A DNA stretch of 64,000 nt from Hormiphora californensis (GCA_020137815.1 CM035360.1:248001-312000); one strand, 5' to 3'; counted from the stretch's first letter, positions 40,148 to 52,929 are shown. The notes: a model not told the origin generated them from the letters alone. Program-made: numbers and translations.

Positions 40148-41481
40148 TGGTGGATGGAGTGAGGTCACCCTGGGCCGAGGTACTTAGTGGGGTTGCCCAG
40201 GGTAGTGTGCTCGGACCACTTCTTTTCCTCATATATATTCTTGACCTGGAGTCAGTGCTAGACGGTAGCATGTGTCTAACTTTTGCTGACGATACTAAGT
40301 TGGTAAAAGCTATTTCAGATATGTCTAGCCAGGCGTGCCTACAGAACGATCTTTTAAGTGTGGCAGAATGGGCAAAGAAGAACAATATGAAGTTACATGA
40401 GGATAAATTTCAGCTCTTGAGCTATAGTCTGAATAAGTCTGCTATCCTCAGACAGTTTCCTTTCGCAGCTGAAGTGTTTTCATATACTACAAGCTCAGGT
40501 GTGCAGTTGACCCCCGAACCTGATGTTCGTGATCTGGGTGTCCAGATGTCTGCAGATGGGTCATGGACGAGGCACATTTCTATCATAGTGCGGAAGGCTT
40601 CCCTCTTGAGTGGCTGGATATTCAGCGTTTTTTCGGGACCGTTCTCCGGAGGTTATGGTACAGCTTTTCAAGTCCTTGGTCAGGCCTATTCTTGAGTACT
40701 GTTGCCTAGTCTGGAATCCTTCCAAGGCTGGTGATATCAAGGCTATTGAGAATGTCCAACGTTGTTTCACCAGACGTCTTGATGGTATGCAGGGTCATGA
40801 CTATTGGGATAGACTGAAATTGCTCAATCTTATGTCCCTTCAGCGTCGGAGACAGCGCTACATTCTGATTCATGTGTGGAAGACGATTCATGGTTTTGTA
40901 CCTAACTCTGCCAACCTAGTATTTCAACAGCACGCTAGACTGGGTATGCGGATAGTCCCACCACCTTACCCCTATAGAGCAGAAACGAAAAGAGCTAATC
41001 AATTTCACTGCTCATTTGGTCCAAGAGCAGCTCATTTATGGAACACTCTACCTGCTGCTGTCAATTCTTGTGTGAGCTTGAATCAGTTCAAATCATCATT
41101 GGGCAATTACTTGACAGGATTTCACGATCGTCCTCCAGTCAGAGGGTACCCGCCACTTCCAAATGACCTTTCGCCTCAATGTGCTGTGCTGTGCTGATGA
41201 GTGTGAGTGTGAGGGATAGTTTTTCAACTTGATTTTATTTAGGTGGACCCATTCAGGGAAGGCCTGTTTCTTTATAAATAAAACTTTAATTGTAAACTTG
41301 TAAACTTGTAAACTTGTTTTCCCTGAAAAATCGCAAATTTGCCTCAAAAATCTCAAAAATCCCACGTTTTTTAGCCAAAAATCGAAAATCTCAAAAATCC
41401 CAGCTACCCTGAAAATCGCCAATGAGGCATGAGGTTCTTGCGGCAGGCCCCCCCCCCCCCCCCCCCCCCATATGTATATAT

Positions 41482-42830
41482 CACGGCGTGCCTGGTGAAA
41501 TTTTAACACGACCTAGCATGCTGCGGGAAACCACCACTTGTACGTGGTAGCTGAGGGTCTACAGAATGGCGCTACGGTGCGGGAAAAAACATTCCATTGC
41601 CTAAAAAAATTTTTTTTACGCTTTTTTGATTTGGGTCAAAATTGGGTATATTAAACGTGGTCCCGAAAAATCCATAATGACTTAGCACACGAAATATGTC
41701 ACCCCCACCTATTTTTGCACGTAGAATCGATTGCCGTTGAAGTCGAATCTCTAAAATGACTGTAAAATGGTCAAAAGTTGATTTTTTTACCATTTTTTGG
41801 AGGTTTTTGGCCCCTAAACCATTGAAAACGTTGAGATAGGAATTTGGAACTAGTGCCAATCGTTAAAATGGTCATTTTTCTACCAAGAACCAAGTTTTCG
41901 TGTATATCCGATTTATGGTTAGATTTGGGCAAATTGTTGAAATCTGCCAACTAGGAGAACCGTAACTTGATTTTTTCCTTTTTTTATATTTTGGCATTTT
42001 TGACAAACTTCGGATTGAAATGGCCAGTCGGGACCATGCTTAAGTTGTTTATGGGACAATTTCCGACTAAAATCCAAGATTTCATACCAATCCAATAACA
42101 GATCGTTGATTTATAGAAAATTTAAGTAGGCAAAACGGTCAAAATAAGCAAGAAAAGTTGTTATTTTGACCATTTTGCCTACTTAAATTTTCTATAAATC
42201 AACGATCTGTTATTGGATTGGTATGAAATCTTGGCCTTGGATTTTAGTCGAAAATTGTCCCATAAACAACTTAAACATGGTCCCGACTGGCCATTTCAAT
42301 CCGAAGTTTGTCAAAAATGCCAAAATATAAAAAAGGAAAAAATCAAGGTACGGTTCTCCTAGTTGGCAGATTTCAACAATTTGCCCAAATCTAACCATAA
42401 ATCGGATATACACGAAAACTTGGTTCTTGGTAGAAAAATGACCATTTTAACGATTAGCACTAGTTTCAAATTCCTATCTCAACGTTTTCAATGGTTTAGG
42501 GGCCAAAAACCTCCAAAAAATGGTAAAAAATCAACTTTTGACCATTTTACAGTCATTTTAGAGATTCGACTTCAACGGCAATCGATTCTACGTGCAAAAA
42601 TAGGTGGGGGTTACATATTTCGTGTGCTAAGTCATTATGGATTTTTCGGGACTACGTTTAGTATACCCAATTTTGACCCAAATCAAAAAATGGTAGAAAA
42701 AATTTTTTTAGGCAATGGAATGTTTTTTCCCGCACCGTAGCGCCATTCTGTAGACCCTCAGCTACCACGTACAAGTGGTGGTTTCCCGCAGCATGCTAGG
42801 TCGTGTTAAAATTTCACCAGGCACGCCGTG
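41482..42830. mobile_element. 1.35-kb near-perfect palindromic foldback, CAC...GTG termini, 4-bp ATAT flanks (Chapaev-like)
   Basis: cacggcgtgcctggtgaaattttaacacgacc... mirrored at the right end; ~665-bp arms with ~13-bp spacer near 42148-42160. Confidence 0.88.
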
Positions 42831-43194
42831 ATATAGGAATTCTTTATACTAATATTTTATAGCTAGAGACTATGCTATAGTTCTTGAAGTCAGGCCACAC
42901 CTGCCCTAGTGACCGATTCAACGCAGGAGCTGTTCTATTCTTTTTCAGTAGGGCGGGGCCTCATCGCCATAATTTTGTTGTTGTTTAATGGGGGGGGGGC
43001 TTGCTAAAGAGGAGAAGAAACTGCTATTTTCTCCCAACTTTCGGCTATCGAAGGAGAGCAAGAACCACTTGTAAACAGAGAGGAATCTAGCAATTGTAAT
43101 TGTGCAACTAATAGTTGCCAACTAAGAGAGCCAAGGAGAATTCGGGGGAATCAGATGCTAACCTCCATGACAGAGTAGCTGCTGGCTGACAATT

Positions 43195-43279
<85 letters not shown>

Positions 43280-43321
43280 CTCTCTCTCTCTTTCTATCTA
43301 TCTATCTATCTCTCTCTCTCC

Positions 43322-43362
<41 letters not shown>

Positions 43363-43417
43363 TCTCTCTCTCTCTCGCGCTCTCTCTCTCTCCTCTCTCT
43401 CTCTCTACTCTCCTCTC

Positions 43418-43479
<62 letters not shown>

Positions 43480-43918
43480 TCACTCTCTCTCTCTCTCTCT
43501 CTCTCTCTCCCATCTCTACAGGTGTCTTCTGTCACGTGTTGCGGTGATCTCTGTTCTTCTCGAGATGGTGGATATGATAATGACAGTCCGGTGTCTGTCA
43601 CCCTTATTTTTATAGCTCCGCCTCCATAGCTCATTTCTTAAGTTCTCGCTCAGTTAGTTAATACATGAGTTTTTTTGGTAGGCTGAGACATGTCTGTTTA
43701 GACTAGGAAGCGGCGATTATATCGAATCGAGAACAAAATATCAAATATCGCCGGTTCCTAGTTTAGACATCACAATCTTTCCTTGTCCAGCCATATTCAA
43801 GGCCGCATACCCTGCTTGTTGAGTAACCCTCGCTCGATAATACCCTGCAAGAATTGAAATAAAAAGTATTTCAACTTACAAAAATTCCCGGCTGTTATTT
43901 TTATGTAGTGTGGTAGAT

Positions 43919-44767
43919 ATGCGGCTGTTTTCTGTGTTCCTGGTGGTGCTGTTGTCTGGCTGCTCTGGCTGCTCTGGTGATTGGGGCAAACTGACAACTG
44001 AGAGTTATAGAGGTAGGTATAATACATGGTCGAAACTCGGAACCCTATTTCAATTTACAGTGCTGCTTGTAGTCAAATTACCGTTATGAAAATACAGTAA
44101 GGAGACGCGCACGGTGCACAACGCGCGGCAAAAAGTTCATGTGTCAGCACGTACTAGCGCCCTGATTGGTCACGGTTGCGCGTCGTCTTACTGTATCTTC
44201 GTTTTCCATTACCGTTTTCCCACTACAAGCGACCGTGTTACTGGAGCCCCAATTTTCTTGACGTTTTCCCTTTTCTCAGATCAGACAAGCTCAAACAGCT
44301 GTGCCACTGTTCCAGCCGAGAAAAGGTGGAGTTTCAGGAATGAGACACTTGTTATTAAAATAAAACGTGATGTCAATCAGAAAACTATCGAATCAGATGA
44401 GTTGAATAAGGCAGGAACCATTACAGCCGTGGTAGCAAATAAAACGATTGAGATTACAATATCTGAGAAAAGACTATCAGTCAGTTGTTATGGTAATTGC
44501 GGGGCTATGCATGGCGATTTGTCCAGACTTGTTCATTACCAGGAAAACTTCCTCACTTTAAAGTCACAGCAGAGTGGTCATGTGTTTGATAAAATTGAGA
44601 TCGAATGGAGAAGCAGGATCAATCAGAACTCGGAAGATTATGTCGTAACAGTCCTTGGTCAGTGTCCATTCAATTCTTCTAACTATGGGAATAAACTTGA
44701 TATTAAAGTTGATGGAAATCTCTTTGATTGCGTCGAGGAAGTGGAAGAGGAAGAAAAGGGTCAGTAA
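43919..44767 (+). CDS. Secreted-protein array copy 1 (type A), exons 43919-44012 and 44280-44767, 193 aa
   Basis: MRLFSVFLVVLLSGCSGCSGDWGKLTTESYR; donor ag|gtaggt; acceptor ttttctcag|at; phase 1 joins track ORF 44114-44767. Confidence 0.85.
44058..44237. mobile_element. ~180-bp insertion with imperfect TIRs and TTA duplication in the intron of copy 1
   Basis: caattta|cagtgctgcttgtagt...actacaagcgaccgtg|ttactgg; paralogous introns read caatttactgg. Confidence 0.75.
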
Positions 44768-44864
44768 ATAAATAAATATTATATGCCAGTAACTATGCTA
44801 GTACTTTTAGACGCCGTCTAGCAGAAAAGGTAGTACTTAGTAGGGTATAATACCCGGTATATCC

Positions 44865-44936
44865 CTGTATGGCGGCGCCCATACCCCAATTTGATTCTCG
44901 ACAGTGCGCTCAGATGGGGTCGGCGGCGCCAGACAG
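44865..44936. mobile_element. 72-bp CTGT...ACAG MITE with 8-bp TSD; co-duplicated copies at 53019-53090 and 56314-56385
   Basis: gtatatcc flanks both sides at 53011/53091 and 56306/56386 (one mismatch in this copy). Confidence 0.82.
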
Positions 44937-45560
44937 GTATATCATACCCTATAAGGTAAAAGGTAAAAGGTGCTGTATATATAATAAGGTAAAAGTTTGG
45001 TATTGTCGGTACACTGTAGGCAGGGACTTTAGCCTAAGGTTTAGGGGCTGATGGGACTGGGTCTCTGGGCCCTGGCGGCATGAAGTTCTTATCAGTTATG
45101 ACCAGAGTCCCTTGTTTTAGGGAGTCTGCTTAATGTTTTATCATTTGTCTCTGCTCCAAATTCAATCACATATTGTTTGATACTACATCTGCATATGTGC
45201 TGCTACTGCTAGTGCTATTAATATTCCTGATTCAACTTCTTCATTCAACTTTATGATTCCTTATTCTCTATTTGATCCATTTCCACGTTGCAGAAGCTGC
45301 TTCATTTGATATGTTGCACTGTAGGCTACTACACTATAGTATCTGAAAAGTTACTCCACCGTAAGTAGGATATTGAACAAGGGTCAAACGCAGGATTTTA
45401 ACGTTTTTCCGTACGGCTTCTTCAGAAACTGAACTCAAATTAATTTAAAGTAGTGTTGAAGAAACGGCGAAACGTCAAAATCCCGCGTTTGACCCTTGTT
45501 CAATATCCTATAGGATAGGCCTACTCACGGCGGAGTAACTTTTCAGCTACTATAGTGTAG

Positions 45561-46971
45561 CTGAAGGTGCTCGTCACCTAGGTGCTTCCATAGGATCTGA
45601 GACCTTCAAGCAAACATTTGTTTCTGCTGCAGTTTCCAAATGGTGCGTTGAGCTGGAAAATCTTGTGGCTATTGCCAAAGCCCATCCTCATTTGGCGTAC
45701 AGCAACTTTGTGAGAAGCTTCCGATTCAAGTGGGCCTTTCTCCAGCGAACAGTTCCAGACATCAGTGATCTGTTTGATCCGCTTGAACACACCATCCGTT
45801 CACAGTTGATTCCATGTCTGGTGGGCCGTCAAGTGTCCGACCTAGAACGGGAGATACTGGCACTCCCCTCTGGGAAAGGTGGAATGGGAATTGAGAACCC
45901 CGTCAAAACCTCTGACAGATCATACAGCAACTCCCGAGCATTGACGAAGCCCCTTGTTGATTTGATACTATGCCGTAACGAAGAAGAAATAGAAATGGCT
46001 CTAGTGGAGAAGAATGCAAGAGAGGCAAGGAACAAGATAGCAAAGGAGAATGAGGACCACCACTCAGACACTCTCAAAGAGTTACTCACTAGAATCAGAT
46101 GCCCAAAGCTAGTGAGATGTCTAGAGCTCGCTGGAGAGGCCGGAGCATCTGTATGGCTCACGGCAACACCCTACCCTCACCTGGGCTTCGAACTGAATCA
46201 ATTGGAATTCGTCGACTCAGTGGCACTGCGATACGGGTTTGAGGTCAAAGATTTGGGCGCGACATGCGTATGTGGAAAACCAAACAATGCGGACCATACC
46301 TTGTCCTGTTCAACCGGGGGCTATTCCATCCTCCGTCACGACAACATCAGGGACCTAATGGCGGAGATATGCTCGTATGCGGGCCTCAAAGGTGTGGAAA
46401 CAGAGAAGCTACTTCTCCCTTGTCCGGACGGCATACACTTTCACCCTTCGGCAAACACAGCCCCTGATGCAAGGATGGATGTGGTCGCACTTGACATGTG
46501 GCGAAAAATGCAGCTGGCTCATATGGATGTGCGAATTTTCCATGCCAATTCGCCCTCCTATATCGACACGCCCCTCGACCAACTCTACCGAAGAAACGAG
46601 GCTAGCAAGAAGCAGTCGTACGGAAAACGTGTACGAGAAGTTGAAGGGGGTGCCTTCTCTCCGCTGGTTATGAATACAGCAGGTGGAATAGCCAATGAGT
46701 TCCAAAAGGTGCTAAAGACTCTCTCACACCGAATCTCCACAAGAACCGGAGAACCGTATAGTGAAGTTATGGCGCACCTGAGGACGAGAATACGATTCTC
46801 CCTCCTGAGATCATGCCTTATTGCATTAAGAGGAAATCGGAGGAAGATTGCTATCACTAGTCTAACAAATACTGAACTGGTGACCTGAGGAAGAGAGGAA
46901 TGAGAAGAACTTGAGGATCCGAGGATGATTTGATCCGAGGATGAATTGATTTATTGTTTTGTTTCTTTCTT
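45561..46971 (+). mobile_element. 5'-truncated CRE-like non-LTR retrotransposon with 15-bp TSD
   Basis: TSD gctactatagtgtag at 45546-45560 and 46972-46986; empty site at ~53729-53743; T-rich 3' end. Confidence 0.88.
45665..46888 (+). CDS. C-terminal part of CRE-like ORF: RT thumb region, CCHC finger, restriction-like endonuclease
   Basis: LP..KGGMG; GASVWL; CVCG-x6-H-x3-C; RHDNIRD; RMD; DVRI; KKQSY; FSPLV...AGG. The frame continues upstream (HLGASIG). Confidence 0.85.
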   Translation: MAIAKAHPHLAYSNFVRSFRFKWAFLQRTVPDISDLFDPLEHTIRSQLIPCLVGRQVSDLEREILALPSGKGGMGIENPVKTSDRSYSNSRALTKPLVDLILCRNEEEIEMALVEKNAREARNKIAKENEDHHSDTLKELLTRIRCPKLVRCLELAGEAGASVWLTATPYPHLGFELNQLEFVDSVALRYGFEVKDLGATCVCGKPNNADHTLSCSTGGYSILRHDNIRDLMAEICSYAGLKGVETEKLLLPCPDGIHFHPSANTAPDARMDVVALDMWRKMQLAHMDVRIFHANSPSYIDTPLDQLYRRNEASKKQSYGKRVREVEGGAFSPLVMNTAGGIANEFQKVLKTLSHRISTRTGEPYSEVMAHLRTRIRFSLLRSCLIALRGNRRKIAITSLTNTELVT

Positions 46972-47701
46972 GCTACTATAGTGTAGTAGCCTACAGTGCA
47001 ACATGTCGTTGATCCCCGCCCTGGTCGCCACCACAATCATTGCTTCATTTGAGTTCGAATCGAACTCACTAGCCCCGTGCGTCCTCTCCTAGAATATTCG
47101 AAATTATTATCTGAAGGGCATCGGACGGGGATGGGTAAGTGGGAAAGGGTGAAAGCAGGATGAGACGAGAGAATCGGGAGGGGGGAGGGCCAGAGAGATT
47201 TGATGTGGAGTGGTAGAGCGAGCCCTTTTGGAGGATGAAAGAGCGAGGAAGGGAAACGAAATGAAAAACCCCCCTCCTCCCTCTCTCTCTCCCTCTCTCT
47301 CTCTCCTTCTCTTCAGGACACAGGTGTTTACTGTCACGTGTTGCGGTAATCTCTGTTCTAGCTCTATCGTCCATCTATTATATATGATTGCTCTATAAGT
47401 ATATAATGGCTCATTTTTTTTGCCCACTACCTGTTAAATAGTAGTAGTTTTTTTTCTCGATAGGCTGAGAGATGTCTGTTTAGACTAGGAAGTTCGGGGG
47501 AACCGGCGATTCCTAGTTTACTTTTAGATTGTTTAGACATCACAATCTTTCCTTGTCCAGTCAGATTCAAAGCCGCATACCCTGAGGGGTCCCACTCACT
47601 CGATAATACTATGCAAGAGTTGTAACAAAAGTATGCCAACTTAGGGGCCAACTTACAGAAGTTGCCGGGTATGTAAGAGCTCTTTATGTAGTGTGGTTGA
47701 T

Positions 47702-48250
47702 ATGAGACTGTTTTCTGTGTTCGGGTTCGTGCTGTCATCTGGTTGTTTTGCTGATTGGGACGAACTGACAACTGAGAGTTATAGAGGTAGGTGTTATACA
47801 TGGTCGGATCTCTATTCCAATTTACTGGAACCATAACTGGCAAACCAAACCATAACTGGCAGATCTCAACCGAAAGATTTTTCTCAGATTATACTACCTC
47901 AAACAGCTGTGCTCCTGTTCCAGTCAAGAAAAGGTGGAGTTTCAGGAATGAGACACTTGTTATCAAAATAAAACAGGATATCGATCTTAATGAACTTAAT
48001 GGTACCATATCAGAGCAGTCTCAGAATCATTCTTTTTTGATAATGATTGAAACAAATCGACTTGGTTCAGTCCGCTGTTCATGTTATGGTGATCAAAAAA
48101 GTTATCGGGAATCAGTTTTCTTTAAAGACGTGGATAACTTCGTAGAGTTCACTTTCGAGCCAGCGAAGGGTCTTAACGAACAGAGGATTGATATCCAGTG
48201 GAAAAGCAGGATCTCGGAAGATTTTATCAAAACTAAACTTGCTCGTTGTC
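47702..48250 (+). pseudogene. Secreted-protein array copy 2 (type B), exons 47702-47786 and 47888-~48250, truncated by L2 insertion
   Basis: MRLFSVFGFVLSSGCFADWDELTTESYR; KRWSFRNETLVIKIK...IQWKSRI; similarity stops where L2 RT begins. Confidence 0.8.
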
Positions 48251-49945
48251 AAAAGGGCAGCCGCCAGCTAATGATTACCTTGAACGGAATTCTCTTTTGG
48301 GCAAGCACCAGTCTGGTTATCGTGTTGGGCACAGCTGTGAAACTCTGTTAGCCAGCATGTTTGATGATGTATTAGGCGAGATGGATAAAGGAAATGTAGT
48401 GGCTCTCATTGTTTTGGACATGAGTGCTGCATTTGATACAGTGGATCATCGAAAGTTGTTGGAGGTGTTGCAGAATCGGTTGGAGTTGATGGCGATCCTC
48501 TTCAATGGTTTAAGAGCTACCTGAGTTCCAGATCTTCAGAGTCTCTGTGGGTGATTTGTCTTTCGGAAACCCTGGCCTTACTATGTGGAGTACCCCAGGG
48601 GTCCCTTCTTGGTCCAATTTTGTTTCTACTATACATTGAAGCTGTGCACATTGTGGAGCCTTATGGTCTTCGGATAAACATACGCGGATGACTCCCAGCT
48701 CTATGTGAGTCTGGTTCCTACGGTTTCTACTGGCTGGTCGGAGGCAAAGGTGGATATTGAGGAATGTCTGGCAAAGGTGAAGAGGTGGATGGTAGGACAG
48801 TGGTTGAAGTGCAACGAGGCTAAGACAGAATTCATCCTCCTTGGAAAACGCAGTTCGTTAAGTAAAGTCACTTTCGATCCAGTAATCAACTTCGGTGGAA
48901 CTGAAATCTTCCCTAGTGAATGTAGTGGAACAGATGGTAAGACACTAGGAATCTCTTGGATCACAATCTAAATCTTGAACGACAGGTTAATAATGGGAGG
49001 AACAGTGTGGACTGATATTACGGAATCTTTGGCAATTACACAAGTGTTTTGATGTTACAACAAAGATCATGTTGGTGAAACAGTTGATCATTTCCAGAAT
49101 TGATTACAGCAATATTTGTATTGTGGACTTCCTGGCCGAGTTCTGAGCGGGCTCCAGAAACTTCTCAATGCCTGTGTTTCGATTTGTATTTAACCTCCAT
49201 GGACACCAGGACAACTATATGGAGTATTTCAGGCAGTGTCATATTTTACCGATCTCCTACAGGCTGGACTTCAAGCCTGTTGATTGCCTATAAAATAGTC
49301 ATGGAACAGCCCCGTGTTATCTCCAGGATTTGGTGCCACGTGATGAGACTTGGGAACCTCTAGGACTACGAGGATGACTAATGTTCCGGATCCCTATAGG
49401 TTAAAACATCCAAAGATGACCAGTATTAATGCCAACTCTAAGTTGAGACGTAGGAGGTTATCGTATTCCTGCCTTCTGTCTGGAATGAGCTCCCTTGAGC
49501 TCAGGTCAATCCCCAACGTGGAAACCTTCAAAACCCGGCTGAAAACACATCCTTCGTTGGTGCATTTGGAGTGGGTGATGGGGAACCCATGGCTGAGTTG
49601 TAATGTTTTTTGTAGTTGTGGGGCCTGCGGGCAATCAGTGTCATCCTCTCTCTAGCCATGTTATTATTTCACTACCTAGTATCCTTTTTCCTAGCAGGTG
49701 TAAGTAAGTGTTTTTGAATTTATATCCAGGTTTATGGGACCAGTTATTCCTTCAGTTTTATAAGTCCAGTTAGTTTAGTCTTACAATATCTGTTCTTTTT
49801 TCACCAGAGTGTTCGTGTGTGTCATATATTTAATCGAGGATATCCCGCTCTGATGACTCGTCGGAGCATTGCCAATATTTGACATGTTTCCGTCGGGTAT
49901 GGGCGGTATATAAGCGCGGAATATTATTATATATATTATTTTATT
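48250..49945 (+). mobile_element. 5'-truncated, frameshifted L2-clade LINE
   Basis: HQSGYRVGHSCET, LDMSAAFDTVDH, GVPQGSLLGPILF, YADDSQLY, KTEFILLG, FKTRLKTH; AT-rich tail. Confidence 0.85.
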
Positions 49946-50222
49946 AGATTTCATGTTTTAGCTTCACATTAACTTTTGTACTAGAACACAAGGAATATTC
50001 TATTCAGAATTTTGATTTTGGTAGAAAAACACAAGGATTGTTTCTTTCCAAATTTTCGAATGGAAATTTTTCCTTTTTATGAGATTTTTGAGAAAAATTT
50101 GCGGGTTTTCCCTGAAAATCGGAAATTTGCTCAAAAATCCCACGTTTTTTAGCCAAAAATCGAAAATCTCAAAAATCCCAGTACCTGAAAATCGCCAATG
50201 AGGCATGAGTTCTTGCGGCAGG
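49946..50222 (+). mobile_element. Partial second copy of the host MITE, lacking the CR1 insertion (empty site)
   Basis: Continuous match to 33882-34047 joined directly to 41317-41447. Confidence 0.88.
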
Positions 50223-50475
50223 TTCTTTTTCAGTAGGGCGGGGCCTCATCGCCATAATTTTTTTGTTGTTTAAGGGGGGGGGGGCTTGCTAAAGAGGAGA
50301 AGAAACTGCTATTTTCTCCCAACTTTCGGCTATTGAAGGAGAGCAAGGACCACTTGTAGACAGGAGGAATCTAGATGTAATTGTGCAACTATGAGAGCCA
50401 GGGGGAATTCGGGGAGTCAGATGCTAACCTCCACGACAGAGTAGCTGCTGGTTGACAATTACTATTTCTAAAGAG

Positions 50476-50542
<67 letters not shown>

Positions 50543-50595
50543 TCTCTTCTCTCTATCTCTTTATCTCTATCTCTCTCTCTCCTTATCTCTCTCTT

Positions 50596-50649
<54 letters not shown>

Positions 50650-51145
50650 TCCTCTCTCTCTCTCTCTCTCTCTCTCTTCCCATCTCACAGGTGTTTTCTG
50701 TCACGTGTTGCGGTGATCACTGTTCTTTCTCGAGATAGTGGTTATGATAATGACAGGCCGGTGTCTGTCACCCCTATTTTATTTTTATAGCTCCCGCCCA
50801 TAGCTCATTTCTTAAGTCTCGTGCTCAGTTAAGTGTAGTTAATACATGAGTTTTTGTTTGGTAGGCGCCCAGAAATGTCCTGTTTAGACTAGGAACAGCG
50901 GCAGATAATCGAAAACGAGAACAAATATCAAATATCGCCGGTTCCTATTTAGACAATCACATCTTTTCCTTGTCCAGCCATATCAAGGCCGCATACACCT
51001 GGCTGTTGAGTAAACCCCCTGAGGGGATCCCACTCATTTACTCACTGAGGGGTACCTCACTCGATTAATACCCTGCAAGAATTGAAATAAAAAGTATTCC
51101 AACTTACAAAAGTTCCCGGCTGTTATTTTTAGTAGTGTGGTAGAT

Positions 51146-52929
51146 ATGCGGCTGTTTTCTGTGTTCCTGGTGGTGCTGTCATCTGGTTGCTCTGGTGATT
51201 GGGACAAACTGACAACTGAGAGTTATAGAGGTAGGTATAATACATGGTTGAAACTCGGAACCCTATTTCAATTTAGGGGGGGTGACACGTAACACTTTGT
51301 AACATGTAACGCGCACAAAAAGTTTTCTGCACATGTTACAAAGTGTTACAAAGTGTTACAAAATGTTACAAAGTGTTACATATTTTATATGGCTTAAAAC
51401 CGGTCCGTACACCCGATTTTGAGCTGATATGTTGCATTTGGTGACATTGACACCTAGTGCGTGCGAGATCGAGCTCGCACATAGGTGTCCGCTCCGCCCC
51501 CTAAAAAAGGGTCGTGTCTTTCAAGCCAAATTGCACGTGATCCACTGGACCGATTTGCATCCGGTTTGTCGCAAAAGACTACAAATTGGTCCTAGTTTAC
51601 TGGAAAATACCCGAGAAGCTTGTCTGTCAACAGGAAGTGGGTCAAAATTGACACTGAAGTCAAATCTATAATCTGGCTTCCGAGCCTTTTTGCACCACTC
51701 CCAGACGGTGTAGAATGCATCTGAGGGTATCAGAAGATAGGCTGAACTCTTGTAAGTACTGGAAAATACCCGGCATTAATAGCTGATGCTAATTGCATCA
51801 ACATATCTCCCAATATCTTCTAAATTGCATGGGCGTAGTGCAGAAACTCTCGGAAGCCAGATTATAGGTTTGACTTCAGTGTCAATTTTGACCCACTTCC
51901 TGTTGACAGACGAACTTCTCGGGTATTTTCCAGTATGTTAGGATCATTTGTAGTCTTTTGCGACAAACCGGATGCAAATCGGTCCAGTGGATCGCATGCT
52001 ACATCCCTTGAAAGAAACGACCCTTTTTGAGGCGGAGCAGACACCTGTGTGTGAGCTCTTGGTCGCGCACGGTGTCTATGTCACCAAATGTTGCATAAAA
52101 CACCATGAAATAGTGTCTTAGGTTCAGCCGAATACGAATACGTAAAATTTATTTCGGTATTTTACGCTAGAAAAAATTTTTTGGTCACCTTTTGTAACAC
52201 TTAGTAACAATTTGTAACACTTTGTAACAATTTGTAACACTTTGTAACAATTTGTAACACTATGTAACACTTTGTAACACTATGTAACACTTTGTAACAC
52301 TATGTAACACTTTGTAACATGTAACGTGCACAAAAAGTTTTCTGCACATGTTACAAAGTGTTACAAAGTGTTACGTGTCACCCCCCCCCCCCCCCCCCCA
52401 ATTTACTGGAGCCCCAATTTTCTTGACGTTTTTCCTTTTCTCAGATCATACAACATCAAACAGCTGTGCTCCTGTTTCAGTCAAGAAAAGGTGGAGTTTC
52501 AGGAATGAGACTCTTGTTATTAAAATAAAACGTGATGTCAATCCGACAACTATCGAATCAGATGAGTTGAATAAGGCAGGAACCATTACAGCCGTGGTAG
52601 CAAATAAAACGATTGAGATTACAATATCTGAGAAAAGACTATCAGTCAGTTGTTATGGTAATTGCGGGGCTATGCATGGCGATTTGTCCAGACTTGTTCA
52701 TTACCAGGAAAACTTCCTCACTTTCAAGTCACAGAGTGGTCATTACGAACATGCATTTGATATCGAATGGAGAAGCAGGATCAATCAGAACTCGGAAGAT
52801 TATGTCGTAACAGTCCTTGGTCAGTGTCCATTCAATTCTTCTAACTATGGGAATGAACTTGATATTGAAGTTGATGGAAATCTCTTTGATTGCGTCGAGG
52901 AAGTGGAAGAGGAAGAAAAGGGTCAGTAA
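51146..52929 (+). CDS. Secreted-protein array copy 3 (type A), exons 51146-51230 and 52445-52929, 189 aa
   Basis: MRLFSVFLVVLSSGCSGDWDKLTTESYR; same phase-1 intron; joins track ORF 52348-52929. Confidence 0.85.
51276..52397. mobile_element. 1.1-kb foldback element with poly-G/poly-C termini and (tgtaacactt)n subterminal repeats, in the intron of copy 3
   Basis: G7-tgacacgtaacactttgtaaca ... tgttacgtgtca-Cn; caattta duplicated on both sides; inner inverted arms ~51436-51682 and ~51850-52090. Confidence 0.88.

Larger units (their letters stand above)
45311..47004. mobile_element. ~275-bp foldback MITE split by the CRE-like element; uninterrupted copy at ~53487-53761
   Basis: atgttgcactgtaggctactacactatagt ... 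actatagtgtagtagcctacagtgcaacat. Confidence 0.8.

Noticed and set aside
43521-43629. VTCCGDLCS as a Ly6/three-finger C-terminal motif
   Set aside because: Spacing is one residue short, the CN is missing, paralogues change frame or lose a Cys, and no upstream exons were found.
43919-43980. Bacterial lipoprotein lipobox (LSGC) implying horizontal transfer
   Set aside because: Spliceosomal intron and an ordinary eukaryotic-type signal peptide; the short match is uninformative without a homology search.
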